Origin: a virus
Taxonomy: Duplodnaviria > Caudoviricetes
Direction: 5' to 3' (one strand)
Virus record (IMG/VR): IMGVR_UViG_3300044268_003784
Span: 1-25,257 of that record
Length of the DNA stretch: 25,257 bases
A model generated the notes under the pieces. That model saw only the letters and a list, made by a program, of their open reading frames with translations. It had not been told where the DNA came from and did no database searches. Of this stretch, positions 8,759 through 19,179 are shown in pieces. The first letter of the stretch is position 1. The number at the start of each line of letters is the position of its first letter. Both the position numbers and the translations under genes were made by a program.

Positions 8759-10956
8759 TGAAAGAAATATTGAAAAGAAAAATGTTTGAAAATACAGACA
8801 TGCAAAATATGCCAACACTTGCAGATCCTGTAGGCGTGCAAAAAGGTAAAGACTTTGAAAAACTTATTGGTGGTTTGCTGTCTTTAAAAGAAAAATTAAA
8901 TTTAGATGAAAATGTAAATTTAGCAAAAAATATAGACAGAGCCATCGAATCTTTGTTTTTAGAAAAAATAAACAAGGCCCAAGATTTTTTAACAGTAAGT
9001 AAAAATCCGCAATTTGAAAGTAGAAATTCATATACCTTTGAAAAAGACATACCGTCTTCTTTCTTCGACACAACAACTTTGTTTGCACAAGAAATGGGTG
9101 TGCCTTTTAATGAACCTGTACCAGAGATAGGCATACGGTTTCAAAAAAAGTTTAACGTAGGTGGATTTGTGCAGGGTAATCCTATGTTTACTAATCCTTT
9201 TGAAGATCCGTTTGATGATGTTCTACCGCCTAGTGGTTTTGGACCAGATTTTTCAAATTTAGACACAACAATAGAGGAAAGTATTGAAGATTTAAATCAA
9301 GACAACATTCCTGTAGAAGAAGTCGTGGAAGTGCAACTTGATCCTTTTCAATATCGTAGCTCAACTGGTCAAATATTTGATATAGATCCTGATAGGTTCC
9401 TGAATTCTTTGTCTGCTATAGACAGGAACACATTAGCCGCATTAATACAAAATCCAGAGGTAGAGTATGGACAAGGTTTAAGAAGAATAATTAGGGATAG
9501 GGTAGCTTTTGAAAGGTCTGAAGCTTCTGACGTAAATCCTGAAACTTTTAAATTCGGGGAAATGTTACCAGACTATCTATCCTTTGGCTCAGGTCTTCAA
9601 GACTTTGTTTCTCCTGGTTTAGTAGCTGTAGAAAGAATAGGTTTAGATATTGCGACTTTGCCAGAACGTATTTTAAACCCTTTATTCGGTCGTGCTGGTG
9701 ATCCTTTTAAAAAAGAATACATATCTAAAGAAGAATTTAATAAATTACCTTTAATACAAAAATTGAATCCGAAGTTAGTAATAGAGTCAGAATATTTTCC
9801 AGATGAAGAGAATCCACTCGAACAAGACCTAAGTGGTAGATTGAGAAGGGGTAAATCTGTAGAGGAACTTGATTTAATAGTAGTTGGACTTGATCCTATT
9901 AATGTTGAGCTAGAGCAATTAGACGAGGGTGAAACTCCTCCAGACCCAGATGCAGAAGTAAAGACAGAAGATCCCGAAGAAATAACTTCGGACAGCCCTG
10001 AGGAAGAAATAAATGTAGAAAAAGATAATGATAAAGCAGATCTTGAAGAAGCCATTGTTGATTCTGACGTGAAAACTGGCTTTACAAAAAAAGAAGACAT
10101 AGACAAAGGTTTTGATACAGCAATAGCTGCAAAAAAATTAGGGCTAGATGTATTTAGTAGTGATAAGTTTTTACGTGCTATTAGAAATATAGGCTCACAA
10201 TTAGTTGAACAAGGCACTATGGGAGCAGGATTAGCTAAAGGTGCTGCTGCATTTGCTAAAGAAGAAGCAGCGCGTGAACTGGCTAAACAAAAATTCCAAG
10301 AAGAATTACTTATTAAAAGTGCTGGGGCGCTTGGCAAAGAAATGAAATTCAGCGATATTGAGGCAGTAGCAAAAAGAGGTGATAAATTAAATCAATCTAT
10401 AAAAGACTTTGAAGGTAATCAATCAGCTTTAGCTTTGATGGATGACGCAATACGTTTATTTGAAACTGCTAGAGACAAAGGAGAGGCTGTTACAGGTTTC
10501 CCTGGAGCTTTCAACAGATTTAAAGATCAATTTATAGCAGCAGCAGGAATAGAGGGCATAGACACTTCTAGCGCGACACAAATACAAAATTTGATTACCG
10601 TTTTGAAAAATAGAAGCATTAGAGAGATTCTTAACGAGTCAGGTAGAACAATTTCTAACTTAGACAGACAAATTGTTGATCAAGTATTTGGTAAATTAGA
10701 TTTAACTTCAAAACCAGATGAAATACTCAAAAAGCTTAAAAACTCTAGGCAACAATTAGTTGATAACGCGTTAAAATATCAAAGTGATGTCAGATTAAAC
10801 GCATCAGCACTTAAACAACCTGCCGCAGGTCAATTCGGACAAGAATATCTTTTAGGTAAAACAAACATAATAGCTAAGATTTTAGCTGCAAGCGATTTTT
10901 CAAAAGCAATTTTAGATCAAAAAGATATCAATACAGTAATAGCTATAGACTTGTAA
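8758..10956 (+). CDS. Internal virion / ejection protein 3 (732 aa)
   Basis: TAATG coupling; acidic low-complexity centre and helical C-terminus (ESGRTISNLDRQIV); synteny within the ejection cluster. Confidence 0.65.
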   Translation: MKEILKRKMFENTDMQNMPTLADPVGVQKGKDFEKLIGGLLSLKEKLNLDENVNLAKNIDRAIESLFLEKINKAQDFLTVSKNPQFESRNSYTFEKDIPSSFFDTTTLFAQEMGVPFNEPVPEIGIRFQKKFNVGGFVQGNPMFTNPFEDPFDDVLPPSGFGPDFSNLDTTIEESIEDLNQDNIPVEEVVEVQLDPFQYRSSTGQIFDIDPDRFLNSLSAIDRNTLAALIQNPEVEYGQGLRRIIRDRVAFERSEASDVNPETFKFGEMLPDYLSFGSGLQDFVSPGLVAVERIGLDIATLPERILNPLFGRAGDPFKKEYISKEEFNKLPLIQKLNPKLVIESEYFPDEENPLEQDLSGRLRRGKSVEELDLIVVGLDPINVELEQLDEGETPPDPDAEVKTEDPEEITSDSPEEEINVEKDNDKADLEEAIVDSDVKTGFTKKEDIDKGFDTAIAAKKLGLDVFSSDKFLRAIRNIGSQLVEQGTMGAGLAKGAAAFAKEEAARELAKQKFQEELLIKSAGALGKEMKFSDIEAVAKRGDKLNQSIKDFEGNQSALALMDDAIRLFETARDKGEAVTGFPGAFNRFKDQFIAAAGIEGIDTSSATQIQNLITVLKNRSIREILNESGRTISNLDRQIVDQVFGKLDLTSKPDEILKKLKNSRQQLVDNALKYQSDVRLNASALKQPAAGQFGQEYLLGKTNIIAKILAASDFSKAILDQKDINTVIAIDL

Positions 10957-10960
10957 TAAT

Positions 10961-13900
10961 ATGCCAATATATGAAGTAAACATAACAGACGCTAATAAAG
11001 TTCGAGTTGAAGCAGATACTCCGGAACAGGCTAGAGCTATAGTCAGAGAACAAATCCAGTCAGTTAACAGAGCAAGAGATGGTAAGCTTGCTGCTCTACC
11101 GGGCATAGAGGAGCTTCTATTTGATTATGAAACAGGTGTTAAGGATGTAGATTTAAGATATAAATTAGGAACTGCTGAAAACCCAAGAGAAAGAGAAAAT
11201 GTAGCCGAAAAAATATTGGGTGAAGATGGCTTCACTTACACCAGCGACCTGCAACTAGCAGCTACACCTGCAGGATTGTTAAAATTAGGTATAAAACCTG
11301 AGTATCTAACTCTGAAAGACGGCAGCAGAGTAGGTAAAAACGTAGTCATTGATGAAAGATCTTTTGGTTTTAATAAATATGACTTTGCAGATATGTCTGG
11401 AGTCGTTGGTCCTATATTAGGCGCTATAGCTTTTCTTACACCACAAGCGCGTTTGATTGGGGGCGTGACTAGGTTGATGAAATTTTTTAATGGTGGTGAT
11501 AGAACTTCCAGAATTTTAGCAAGTGGTATAGGTACTGCAGCTGGTAAAGGTGTAGAAGAAGCTATAGAGGTCGAACAAGGTCTACAATTACAAAATAAAC
11601 AAGAGATAGCAGATCTTTTAAAATTTGAATTTGGGTTAGGGGCATTAGGTCAGGGTATAGGAGAAGGTTTAGGAGTTGCTTATGGCATGCTATTAGGCAA
11701 GCAACCACCTCATGACAATATAAGATTACTTAGACAGGCTATACAGGGTCGTAATTTGGACGATATCATGAAACTAGACGCAAGTTTAGGAAAAGAAGCC
11801 ACAGAAAAAGAAATCGTTGAAGCTATAAAAGCGGGTAAAGTTACAATATTTCAGGAAAGAGGCTTGCCTTCACAAGCTAACTTAGGTAGATCTTTGGTGG
11901 GTAGAGGACAGTCAACCGCTGAATTAGTTTTTGGTTCCAAAAGGACAGAAGAAACAAAAAAATATTTAACAAGATCTATAGCTGAATTATTTGCCCGTTT
12001 GAATAAAGAAAAAATAGATGGCGACGATCTAGCTGAAATTATAAAAAATTATGGCGATAGAACTTTCATGACTTCAGCACAAAAAAGTGAATTAGATGAT
12101 TTGGTAAGAGACAGAATAGCTACCCTTAATAATTCTGAGATAGATTCAATACAAAGTGTTGAAAAATTATTCGACGATTTAATAAAAGATTTAACCGATC
12201 AAAGAATTTACGGACCTGGCGGCATATTGCCAGAAAAAATAGATCCAGGTGATACAGGACAGGTTATAAAAGAGGCTTTGTTTGAAGCTAGAAGCGGATT
12301 AAGGAAACAGCAGTTTGAAAAATTCCAACAAGCCGATACTGCATTAAGAAGTATAAGACCACAAATACTTGGAGATATTAATGAAAATGTTTTCAAAAAA
12401 GCATCAGACGATATAAAGGCAACTTTAAATAAATTTGAAAACGAAAGGCTAGGATTCATTTTTGGTGCCGACGATAAAGAGGCTGGGGCCAACGCTATAC
12501 AACTATTAAAAGGAATACAAGAAAATCTAGCGGCTAAAAGCGCAACTTTAGCAAAAAATCTTAAAGAAGGAAAACCTTTAGAAGCAGATTCATTAAATTT
12601 AGTGCAAATAAGAAATACTTTATCTGATTTAAAAGCTTTGACAGCAAGTTTCACTAGAGAGTCACCTTTGAAAAAAGTTGTCAACGAAGTTACAGAAATT
12701 TTAGGCTTTGGTGATGAATTAACGGGTGGGAGCAATAGACCTGGGTTATTAGGGATTTTGGGTGATGCTGAACAGTTAGCAGTTAAAACCAAAATTTCAC
12801 CGGCAGACGCTAAACAACTAGGTAGTGCTATACACCTTTTAAAAAGTGCAAATAAATTTTCACGAGATGTATTAGAGAATTTTGATGACAAAATAATACA
12901 AAGTGCTACCTTGTCAAACGCTAAATATGGAACATTATCTCCAGACGAAGCTTATAGCAAAATATTCAAAGGTGGTAACAGAGAACAGCTAGAAGATATG
13001 TTTAAAGCAGTCAAAATGTACGACGACTATATAAAGGATGTAGGGCCAAAAGGATTTAAACCAGACAACGAATTAAAGCTTAGAAACTCTTTAAAGAAAA
13101 AATTAATTTCTGAAGCATTTTATGACGCGTATGATTATTCAACAAATACTATAGATTTTTCTAAATTTGCTGCAATATTTACAAGATTTGACGCAAAAAG
13201 TCCAGGTAAGTTAAGAGCTTTATTTGGTGATGAAACTGTAAGCGGTTTTAATTCTGATAACTTTTTGGCAGCCTTACGTCAGATAAATGAGGTAAAACCG
13301 AATTTAAAACCTGGTGACATAGAAGAATTAATATTAAATCTTGAAACCTCTGAAAGAGGATTGACAAAAATTTCATCAGGTAAATCATTTATAGAAGGTT
13401 TAAGAAATATAGCCAAAGCAAAATCAGAAACAGCAAGATTTGAAGGTAACGCAATTATATCTAGACTGCCAGAGGCAACAACAGAAGAAGTTGTTGGTAA
13501 AATATTTACGCCACAAGGGGCTTCTAATATTGCAGAGGTAAAAGCACTTTTAGGTCCAGAAAAATTTGTGGCTATTCAAAATAATGCTATGAATAAGATT
13601 TTGCAAAGAGCAGTAGATTTTGACGGTATTACAAAACAAGGTGATATTGTAAAACTTTTCCAAGCCGATAAATTTAACAATATTTTAAAATCATATGGTG
13701 ACGAAACTTTGTTTGAAATGTTTGGCACAGAAGTAGCACAAGGTCTAAAAAACTTTGGCAAAACTATGGAGCTTTTAACAAGAAAAGAAGTTGGACGAGG
13801 AGGTGCAGCCGGAACACTTGTAGCTGCAGGTATAGCTATTAATGCTTTCAATCCAGCCGTATGGGGTACATTGATAGGGTTGGGAGTTTTACGTTCAGCT

Positions 13901-14284
13901 TTTCAAAACCCTACCATCTTAAAACTTATGGCAAGAACAGATAAATCTGCGGTTGTTCAATTAATAGAAATATTCCAAAGAGCTTTATTAATTGGTGGGG
14001 TAAGACAAACAGGTTTAGCAGTATCTGGTGTTGCTGAGGATATTTCTGAAGAAGTTGAAGAACAGTTAGACGCCACAACTTTAGATGATCAAGCTACAGG
14101 AATTTTAGGCCAAGGAGCAGCACAAATACAAAATTTAATTCCTACTGGTAGACAACAGCTGCCTTTACCAGTCGGACAAGTAGATCTGCCAGAAATAGAT
14201 CCTGTAGACATATTAGGGCAAGATGCCTTGCCTACATTAGAAAGAGAAAGACAACTAGGGTTTAGTCCTATTTTAAGAACTTAA
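10961..14284 (+). CDS. Large internal virion / ejection protein 4 (1107 aa)
   Basis: MPIYEV...VEADTPEQA start; Gly/Ala-rich hydrophobic segments near both ends; last and largest gene of the + strand structural block. No catalytic motif recognised. Confidence 0.7.
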   Translation: MPIYEVNITDANKVRVEADTPEQARAIVREQIQSVNRARDGKLAALPGIEELLFDYETGVKDVDLRYKLGTAENPRERENVAEKILGEDGFTYTSDLQLAATPAGLLKLGIKPEYLTLKDGSRVGKNVVIDERSFGFNKYDFADMSGVVGPILGAIAFLTPQARLIGGVTRLMKFFNGGDRTSRILASGIGTAAGKGVEEAIEVEQGLQLQNKQEIADLLKFEFGLGALGQGIGEGLGVAYGMLLGKQPPHDNIRLLRQAIQGRNLDDIMKLDASLGKEATEKEIVEAIKAGKVTIFQERGLPSQANLGRSLVGRGQSTAELVFGSKRTEETKKYLTRSIAELFARLNKEKIDGDDLAEIIKNYGDRTFMTSAQKSELDDLVRDRIATLNNSEIDSIQSVEKLFDDLIKDLTDQRIYGPGGILPEKIDPGDTGQVIKEALFEARSGLRKQQFEKFQQADTALRSIRPQILGDINENVFKKASDDIKATLNKFENERLGFIFGADDKEAGANAIQLLKGIQENLAAKSATLAKNLKEGKPLEADSLNLVQIRNTLSDLKALTASFTRESPLKKVVNEVTEILGFGDELTGGSNRPGLLGILGDAEQLAVKTKISPADAKQLGSAIHLLKSANKFSRDVLENFDDKIIQSATLSNAKYGTLSPDEAYSKIFKGGNREQLEDMFKAVKMYDDYIKDVGPKGFKPDNELKLRNSLKKKLISEAFYDAYDYSTNTIDFSKFAAIFTRFDAKSPGKLRALFGDETVSGFNSDNFLAALRQINEVKPNLKPGDIEELILNLETSERGLTKISSGKSFIEGLRNIAKAKSETARFEGNAIISRLPEATTEEVVGKIFTPQGASNIAEVKALLGPEKFVAIQNNAMNKILQRAVDFDGITKQGDIVKLFQADKFNNILKSYGDETLFEMFGTEVAQGLKNFGKTMELLTRKEVGRGGAAGTLVAAGIAINAFNPAVWGTLIGLGVLRSAFQNPTILKLMARTDKSAVVQLIEIFQRALLIGGVRQTGLAVSGVAEDISEEVEEQLDATTLDDQATGILGQGAAQIQNLIPTGRQQLPLPVGQVDLPEIDPVDILGQDALPTLERERQLGFSPILRT

Positions 14285-14685
14285 TCGTTCATTGAGTTTC
14301 TAGCTACGCCTTTCATTTTTTCATAAGTTCTCATACCGCCAAGTCCCAAAAGTGATAGGGTTAGGGTAAGTAATCCTTCAGTTTGTATTTCAGGTAAAGG
14401 GACTTGACTCCCACTTACGATAATTATCCAATTTAAAATAGGGGCTAGAAAATATGACCACAATAACCCAAAACAAGCTACCCACATTATTGCAGGCCTA
14501 GCTCCTGATACGAATATTGATGAATGTTTTGCTTGTTCTTTATTTACTTCTATTTGAGCTAAATTAGCCTTATGTAATTCTGTTTTAAGTTCGTGTTCTA
14601 ATTGTAATTTAAGATTTTTGTCTGTAACAAATTTACTTAATACTTTATCTGCTACACCTATTACTGATTCGGTTATTTTGCTCAT
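14281..14685 (-). CDS. Holin of 3TMs (GTA-holin-like family)
   Basis: DKVLSKFVTDK...AQIEVNKEQAKH.SIFVSGARPAIMWV...LLGLGGMRTYEK matches the 3TM holin family pattern. Confidence 0.85.
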   Translation of the reverse strand: MSKITESVIGVADKVLSKFVTDKNLKLQLEHELKTELHKANLAQIEVNKEQAKHSSIFVSGARPAIMWVACFGLLWSYFLAPILNWIIIVSGSQVPLPEIQTEGLLTLTLSLLGLGGMRTYEKMKGVARNSMND

Positions 14686-15146
14686 TAAAAACCTATTTCG
14701 TTCCTATCAAGACCAAGCGGTTTGTCTGAAATACATTTTAACATATTCACAGGTATGTGAACGTATGGCTCATTGTCTTCATCATATTTAGGATCTTGTG
14801 ATAAATTCATTCTGATATCGTATAAGTGATTTGGATCCCACTCATGATAATAAAGACCGTCTGTCATGGCGTAAACTATTATGAAAGGTATATTTGTAGA
14901 TCTAGCGTAGCTTGCACCTTTTCTTAACTTTGCCATAGATAAAATTAATGTGTCGTATTTTTCTATTGAAAAAGTTCTAACTTTTACTTCACACCAGTAA
15001 CATTTTTCTTTTGACTCTATCCAGTAATCGAGCGCATAAGAAGTTGGTAATTTATGACAAGTAACGTGCCAAGCTCCTTCCAAATAACCTGCTATACGTT
15101 CTTCTCTTTTTTGATCCTCTCTAGTTTCAAGACTTGGTGTCCTCAT
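14685..15146 (-). CDS. PD-(D/E)XK-fold nuclease-like protein (153 aa)
   Basis: N-terminal E helix, YALDY and CEVKVR motifs, PFIIVY strand. Confidence 0.68.
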   Translation of the reverse strand: MRTPSLETREDQKREERIAGYLEGAWHVTCHKLPTSYALDYWIESKEKCYWCEVKVRTFSIEKYDTLILSMAKLRKGASYARSTNIPFIIVYAMTDGLYYHEWDPNHLYDIRMNLSQDPKYDEDNEPYVHIPVNMLKCISDKPLGLDRNEIGF

Positions 15147-15363
15147 AGTCTTCTCCTTGTTTAAAATATATTCTCACTAAATATTTTCTTATCAAAGCTA
15201 AAATAGTAAGAACTACAACTTGCGCTATAGATATCATCAAAGCACTATTTATACCAAATAACATTAACACAACTATAGTTATGTATGCAAAAAACCAATT
15301 TATAGGCAAACCCAAAGCAGTATCGAATATTGCCTCTCTCATAGCTTTCTTATTAATCTTCAT
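15127..15363 (-). CDS. Small two-TM membrane protein (78 aa)
   Basis: Two hydrophobic segments, RKYLVRIYF basic end; overlaps both neighbours. Confidence 0.72.
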   Translation of the reverse strand: MKINKKAMREAIFDTALGLPINWFFAYITIVVLMLFGINSALMISIAQVVVLTILALIRKYLVRIYFKQGEDYEDTKS

Positions 15364-17473
15364 AATAATTAGGATCTACCGCAACAAATCTTTTTGTAGG
15401 CCTACCTTTACCCCCCACCCTTAAATCCATTTCTTGTATTTCGCCTGCGTTTTTCAATCTCTCTATTATTTCTTTCACTTCGTATGTCTTCATACTTCTG
15501 AACAATTCATGCCTATCAACTTCTCTTTTTGATATACCTTCTTCTCCTCTCGATCTTATAAAAGATAAAACCTGTTTTATTTTAGACTCAGTTGCTGACG
15601 AAGCAACTTTATCTCTACATGCTTCTATAAATAATAAATCATAATATCTTACGTAATCTATACACCATTCAGTTACTTCTGCGTCAATCTCCTTAGCGTC
15701 AGGATTTTTAGCAAGAGCACAAGCTAAAGATAGTCGCATACTTTTTTCTCTAGTCCTGGATAACAAAGGCTCTAAATTATCTTTCTCTAAGGCGTCTTGA
15801 CGTTTGACAATTTCATCAGCAAAATTTTCTAATAATGTTTCTGCTTCTTTGCTAAAGGGTATTATTTTAGGCTTAATATCTAATTCAGCGTTGTTTTGTT
15901 CTACTCCATCAAAATCAGATGTAGATCTTCGTATATAATTTACCCAATTGACAATATTCAAAGGAGCACTTTTATACTGTTTTAGCCTTTGTACTTTTCT
16001 AGGCTCTTTAGATTCAATAACAAGAAATCGGTTTAAAAAACCATCTGCTATACGGCCTGAATTTAAAGCTTTGTAAAAATTTTGTGGCACAGATAACCCA
16101 ACTAATGTAATTGCAGGTTTGTAAGCTATTCTATTCATAGCTTGATCTTTATATTGATCAGGTACAGCCATCAAAGAATAATTATCAGGTCGCAAAGCTC
16201 CGTGACATCTGCCCCAAGCTTCCATTAAAGTTTGTATGCCATCTTCTCTATTTGTATTTTGTTGTGCTCCAATAGCCTCTAATCTTTTACCAAACTCGTC
16301 CATAATTGTTATTTGAGTTGGTCTATATCTAAGTATTGAATGTACTGCACCTGATGATGTGTAGCCATCCCCAACCACTAAATCTTGGTGTTCTGAAGTG
16401 TTCAAAACATTCTCAACAAATGATTTTATATTTTCTTTTCCCTGACCAGATTTGGCTATACCCATAAAGTATAAAGATGAAAAATTATTCATGTTTGTTC
16501 TATAAATCCTACCACAGACAACGCTAACTAAAGATAGTGCAGCTACAATAGATAGTTCTGGTTGGCTTACTTGTGCTATTTTTTCACAAAAATCAAACAT
16601 GTCTTTTAAAATACCTGGCGGCCTATATAAATTTTTTGGCGGATCTATTTTTTCATAACTATTTACAAAAAGAGGTGCCTTTGCATTTTTTCGGTCATGG
16701 GTTTTTTTTACATTATCTACAACTGAATTTATTTCTGCTTGTGATAAAGGTGGACTGTTTTGACTATTCCAACTTTGCATAAAAAATTTAGCAAACTCAA
16801 TATTAATATTTTTTGATATTAGATAACCGGCTAATCTGGCGGCTTGGTCATTTCTCGATCCTTCATTAACACCGTCTAATGAGATAGGAGCTTGAACCTT
16901 AATAGACTTATCTCTATTATTGCCTGTAATAGCTATCCATTCTTTTTCGGTAAAATCAGGCAGATCATCAAAATCATGAACATCCCATTCAGGAAAAAGT
17001 TGCGGTTTATACATGGCTCCAGAGGCATGTCTATTGTAAGGGGCAATAATTAATCCACCCTCCCCTCTGATATCTATATGCCTTTCTATTGGCGTATCGT
17101 TATTTCTCTTTGTTGCGAAAGTAGTAAAGTTTTGTGGATTGTTGTAGTAGTAGTGCATGCCTTTACTGGTAATAACACGGTAAGGACTCGCAGGTAAATT
17201 ATTTTCTACCCAAGACATAGCTTCTGGAGTGTCTGCGTCAACAACTAAAAACTCACCACAAATTAAAGCAACTACAAGATCATCTCTATCTTTAAACCAT
17301 TCAATAACCTTTTCTCTTTTTGGTCTTTCTGTTTTGTATTGGTGCCAACCACCTAAAAAGACTGGTGGTTTTTTATTTTTACGCAACAAAGGAACTACCG
17401 TCATACCTTCATCAAAGTATGATAAGGCTAGATCTAGTGGGCTTTCATTTTCAGTTAGATTTAGATTGAACAC
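15353..17473 (-). CDS. Bifunctional DNA primase-polymerase + PriCT + DUF3987-type helicase
   Basis: AEP motifs LVVDAD, TSKGMHYYY and IDIRGEGG; PriCT-like EGSRND...WN...PPLSQAEI; Walker A AKSGQGKE, Walker B IMDEFG, DGFLNRF; likely C-terminal winged helix. GTG start. Confidence 0.9.
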   Translation of the reverse strand: MFNLNLTENESPLDLALSYFDEGMTVVPLLRKNKKPPVFLGGWHQYKTERPKREKVIEWFKDRDDLVVALICGEFLVVDADTPEAMSWVENNLPASPYRVITSKGMHYYYNNPQNFTTFATKRNNDTPIERHIDIRGEGGLIIAPYNRHASGAMYKPQLFPEWDVHDFDDLPDFTEKEWIAITGNNRDKSIKVQAPISLDGVNEGSRNDQAARLAGYLISKNINIEFAKFFMQSWNSQNSPPLSQAEINSVVDNVKKTHDRKNAKAPLFVNSYEKIDPPKNLYRPPGILKDMFDFCEKIAQVSQPELSIVAALSLVSVVCGRIYRTNMNNFSSLYFMGIAKSGQGKENIKSFVENVLNTSEHQDLVVGDGYTSSGAVHSILRYRPTQITIMDEFGKRLEAIGAQQNTNREDGIQTLMEAWGRCHGALRPDNYSLMAVPDQYKDQAMNRIAYKPAITLVGLSVPQNFYKALNSGRIADGFLNRFLVIESKEPRKVQRLKQYKSAPLNIVNWVNYIRRSTSDFDGVEQNNAELDIKPKIIPFSKEAETLLENFADEIVKRQDALEKDNLEPLLSRTREKSMRLSLACALAKNPDAKEIDAEVTEWCIDYVRYYDLLFIEACRDKVASSATESKIKQVLSFIRSRGEEGISKREVDRHELFRSMKTYEVKEIIERLKNAGEIQEMDLRVGGKGRPTKRFVAVDPNYYED

Positions 17474-17801
17474 TTTCAGCTACAATATCTTCGAGATTAC
17501 CATAGATGGATTCAAAATCCAGCCTTCCGTTAGAGGCTTTAATAATTTTTTTAGCCTGATCAACTGAAGGTTGACGATATCCATATCTCCAAGATTTAAT
17601 TGAAGCTATTGAACATTCAAATTTTTCTGCCGCTTCGGGCATACCTAAGAATTCTATATATTGTTTTAACGTGTATCGTTCCACTTCTCTCTCCTTATAT
17701 TTGGGTTGTATGTCTAAGACGCCTAAGTTCCTCAACGCTTTTGTTGATAAAATTTTATTTCTAAAATGGTAGTTTGCTAACCAAGTAAAGTCTTTTGACA
17801 T
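17451..17801 (-). CDS. Cro/YdaS-like helix-turn-helix DNA-binding protein
   Basis: TLKQYIEFLGMPEAAEKFECSIASIKSWRYGYRQPS...KIIKASNGRL HTH pattern; directly upstream of the primase and next to divergent promoters. Confidence 0.75.
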   Translation of the reverse strand: MSKDFTWLANYHFRNKILSTKALRNLGVLDIQPKYKEREVERYTLKQYIEFLGMPEAAEKFECSIASIKSWRYGYRQPSVDQAKKIIKASNGRLDFESIYGNLEDIVAESVQSKSN

Positions 17802-17826
17802 TTTCTACAAATCCGTAATTAAATAA

Positions 17827-17862
17827 TAGACATATGGTAACTTTTGTTTTACTATAATGCAA
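17827..17862. promoter_or_regulatory. Overlapping divergent sigma70-type promoters
   Basis: + strand: TAGACA(17827-32)-N17-TACTAT(17850-55), with TATAAT also at 17853-58. - strand: TTGCAT(17862-57)-N17-TACCAT(17839-34). Confidence 0.6.
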
Positions 17863-17884
17863 CAACTATTATTAAGGAGAGATT

Positions 17885-18601
17885 ATGTCTTTAAAACAAA
17901 GAATAGTGAGCCCTAATTCATTGGTCGAAGATCAAGGGGCAAAAATTTTAATATACGGCGCTGCGGGTGCCGGTAAAACGACGCTTTGTGCTACTGCACC
18001 TGGTAAAAAATTGATGATCGATATGGAGTCAGGACTTTTGTCCGTTCGTGACGATAAAAATATTGACGTCATACAGGTGAAGAAAGCAGAAGATGTTATG
18101 GAAATTTGTCAGGCTTTACAGAGTGGCGAGTTACAATACGACACCGTATGTTTGGACTCTATATCTGAAATGTCTGAAATTTTGTTAAATTACGAAAAAG
18201 CAAAACATAAAGATCCCAGAATGGCATATGGAAATGTGCAGGAATCTGTAACTAATGTTATGAGAGCTTATCGTGATTTGCACATGCACGTTGTTTTCGT
18301 TTCAAAAATGGAAAAACAAAACGTCGATAACGTCATGCAATATGAGCCTAAAATGGTTGGAACAAAATTGGGCCAATCAATAACTTATTTTTTCGACGAA
18401 GTTTTAGCTCTTAGAGTTATCGAAGAACAAGACGACGACGGAGATATAGTAAAAAATAGATGGCTTCAAACTGATGTTGGACAAGGTTTTACTGCAAAAG
18501 ATAGATCTGGAAAACTAGAGCCTTTTGAAGAGCCTTGTTTAAATAGTATTATAGGTAAACTTGGATTTGACACACAATTTGTTGGAGGTAGTAATGAGTG
18601 A
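17885..18601 (+). CDS. AAA_24 / Sak4-like ATPase (ssDNA-annealing recombinase)
   Basis: Walker A IYGAAGAGKTT, Walker B VCLDSISE, C-terminal AKDRSGKL; SD AAGGAG; followed by an SSB-like gene. Confidence 0.85.
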   Translation: MSLKQRIVSPNSLVEDQGAKILIYGAAGAGKTTLCATAPGKKLMIDMESGLLSVRDDKNIDVIQVKKAEDVMEICQALQSGELQYDTVCLDSISEMSEILLNYEKAKHKDPRMAYGNVQESVTNVMRAYRDLHMHVVFVSKMEKQNVDNVMQYEPKMVGTKLGQSITYFFDEVLALRVIEEQDDDGDIVKNRWLQTDVGQGFTAKDRSGKLEPFEEPCLNSIIGKLGFDTQFVGGSNE

Positions 18602-19040
18602 TTTTGATGGTGTTGAGTGGTTAGACGTTGAGCAAATCTCTAAAAGAAAAGAGATTGCCCCTGCAGGCGAACACGAAGTAAAAGTTGTAGCTGCAGAAAA
18701 ATATAAATCTGAAGCAGGTAATTGGACTGTAAAAGTTTCATTTGAGTTTAGTGACGGCGATTATAGAGAGCATAATGAGTGGTATAACTTGTGGGCTGCT
18801 AATGCTGACGCTAAAAGAATATCAAACGAAATGTTTACACATCTAGCAAAAGCTGTTGGATTTAAACAATTTCCTGGTAGCATAGATTCTCTTGTTAACA
18901 AAACTTTGTGCTTGAACATTTATCACAAAGATGAAGAGAATAATAAAACAGGTGAAACAGTAACTAGAACTAAAGTTGGTGAGTATTTAAATAGCAAAAA
19001 AAATGCTGCACCTAGTTCTAAATCTAAACCACCTTTTTAA
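18594..19040 (+). CDS. DUF669-type single-stranded DNA-binding protein
   Basis: Start moved to ATG 18594 (GGAGG upstream); PAGEHEVKVVAAE...OB-fold-like strands; flexible tail ending KPPF; typical Sak4 partner. Confidence 0.75.
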   Translation: MSDFDGVEWLDVEQISKRKEIAPAGEHEVKVVAAEKYKSEAGNWTVKVSFEFSDGDYREHNEWYNLWAANADAKRISNEMFTHLAKAVGFKQFPGSIDSLVNKTLCLNIYHKDEENNKTGETVTRTKVGEYLNSKKNAAPSSKSKPPF

Positions 19041-19062
19041 CAACTACGACCGTTGTTGTGTG

Positions 19063-19094
19063 AGGGGCCTATCCGTTGGGCCCCTTTTCTTTTT
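19063..19094 (+). terminator. Rho-independent terminator after SSB
   Basis: AGGGGCCTA-TCCGT-TGGGCCCCT stem with one G-U pair, followed by TTTCTTTTT. Confidence 0.85.
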
Positions 19095-19179
19095 CTAATA
19101 TTCTGTTTATAATTAAATCTCCATTCATAATCTCTCTCCTTGAATGGTTTTGGAGTTTCTCCAATTACTTATAGTGTAT

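Noticed and set aside
204-13851. Many minus-strand ORFs in the track (e.g. 204-635, 9597-10337, 12208-12891)
   Set aside because: They lie antisense to long, motif-bearing, coupled + strand genes and have the Ser/Pro/Leu-rich composition of shadow frames.
10961-14284. Virion RNA polymerase or lytic transglycosylase domain in the 1107-aa protein
   Set aside because: No DxDGD-type or transglycosylase motif could be recognised by eye; a profile or structure search would be needed to exclude it fully.
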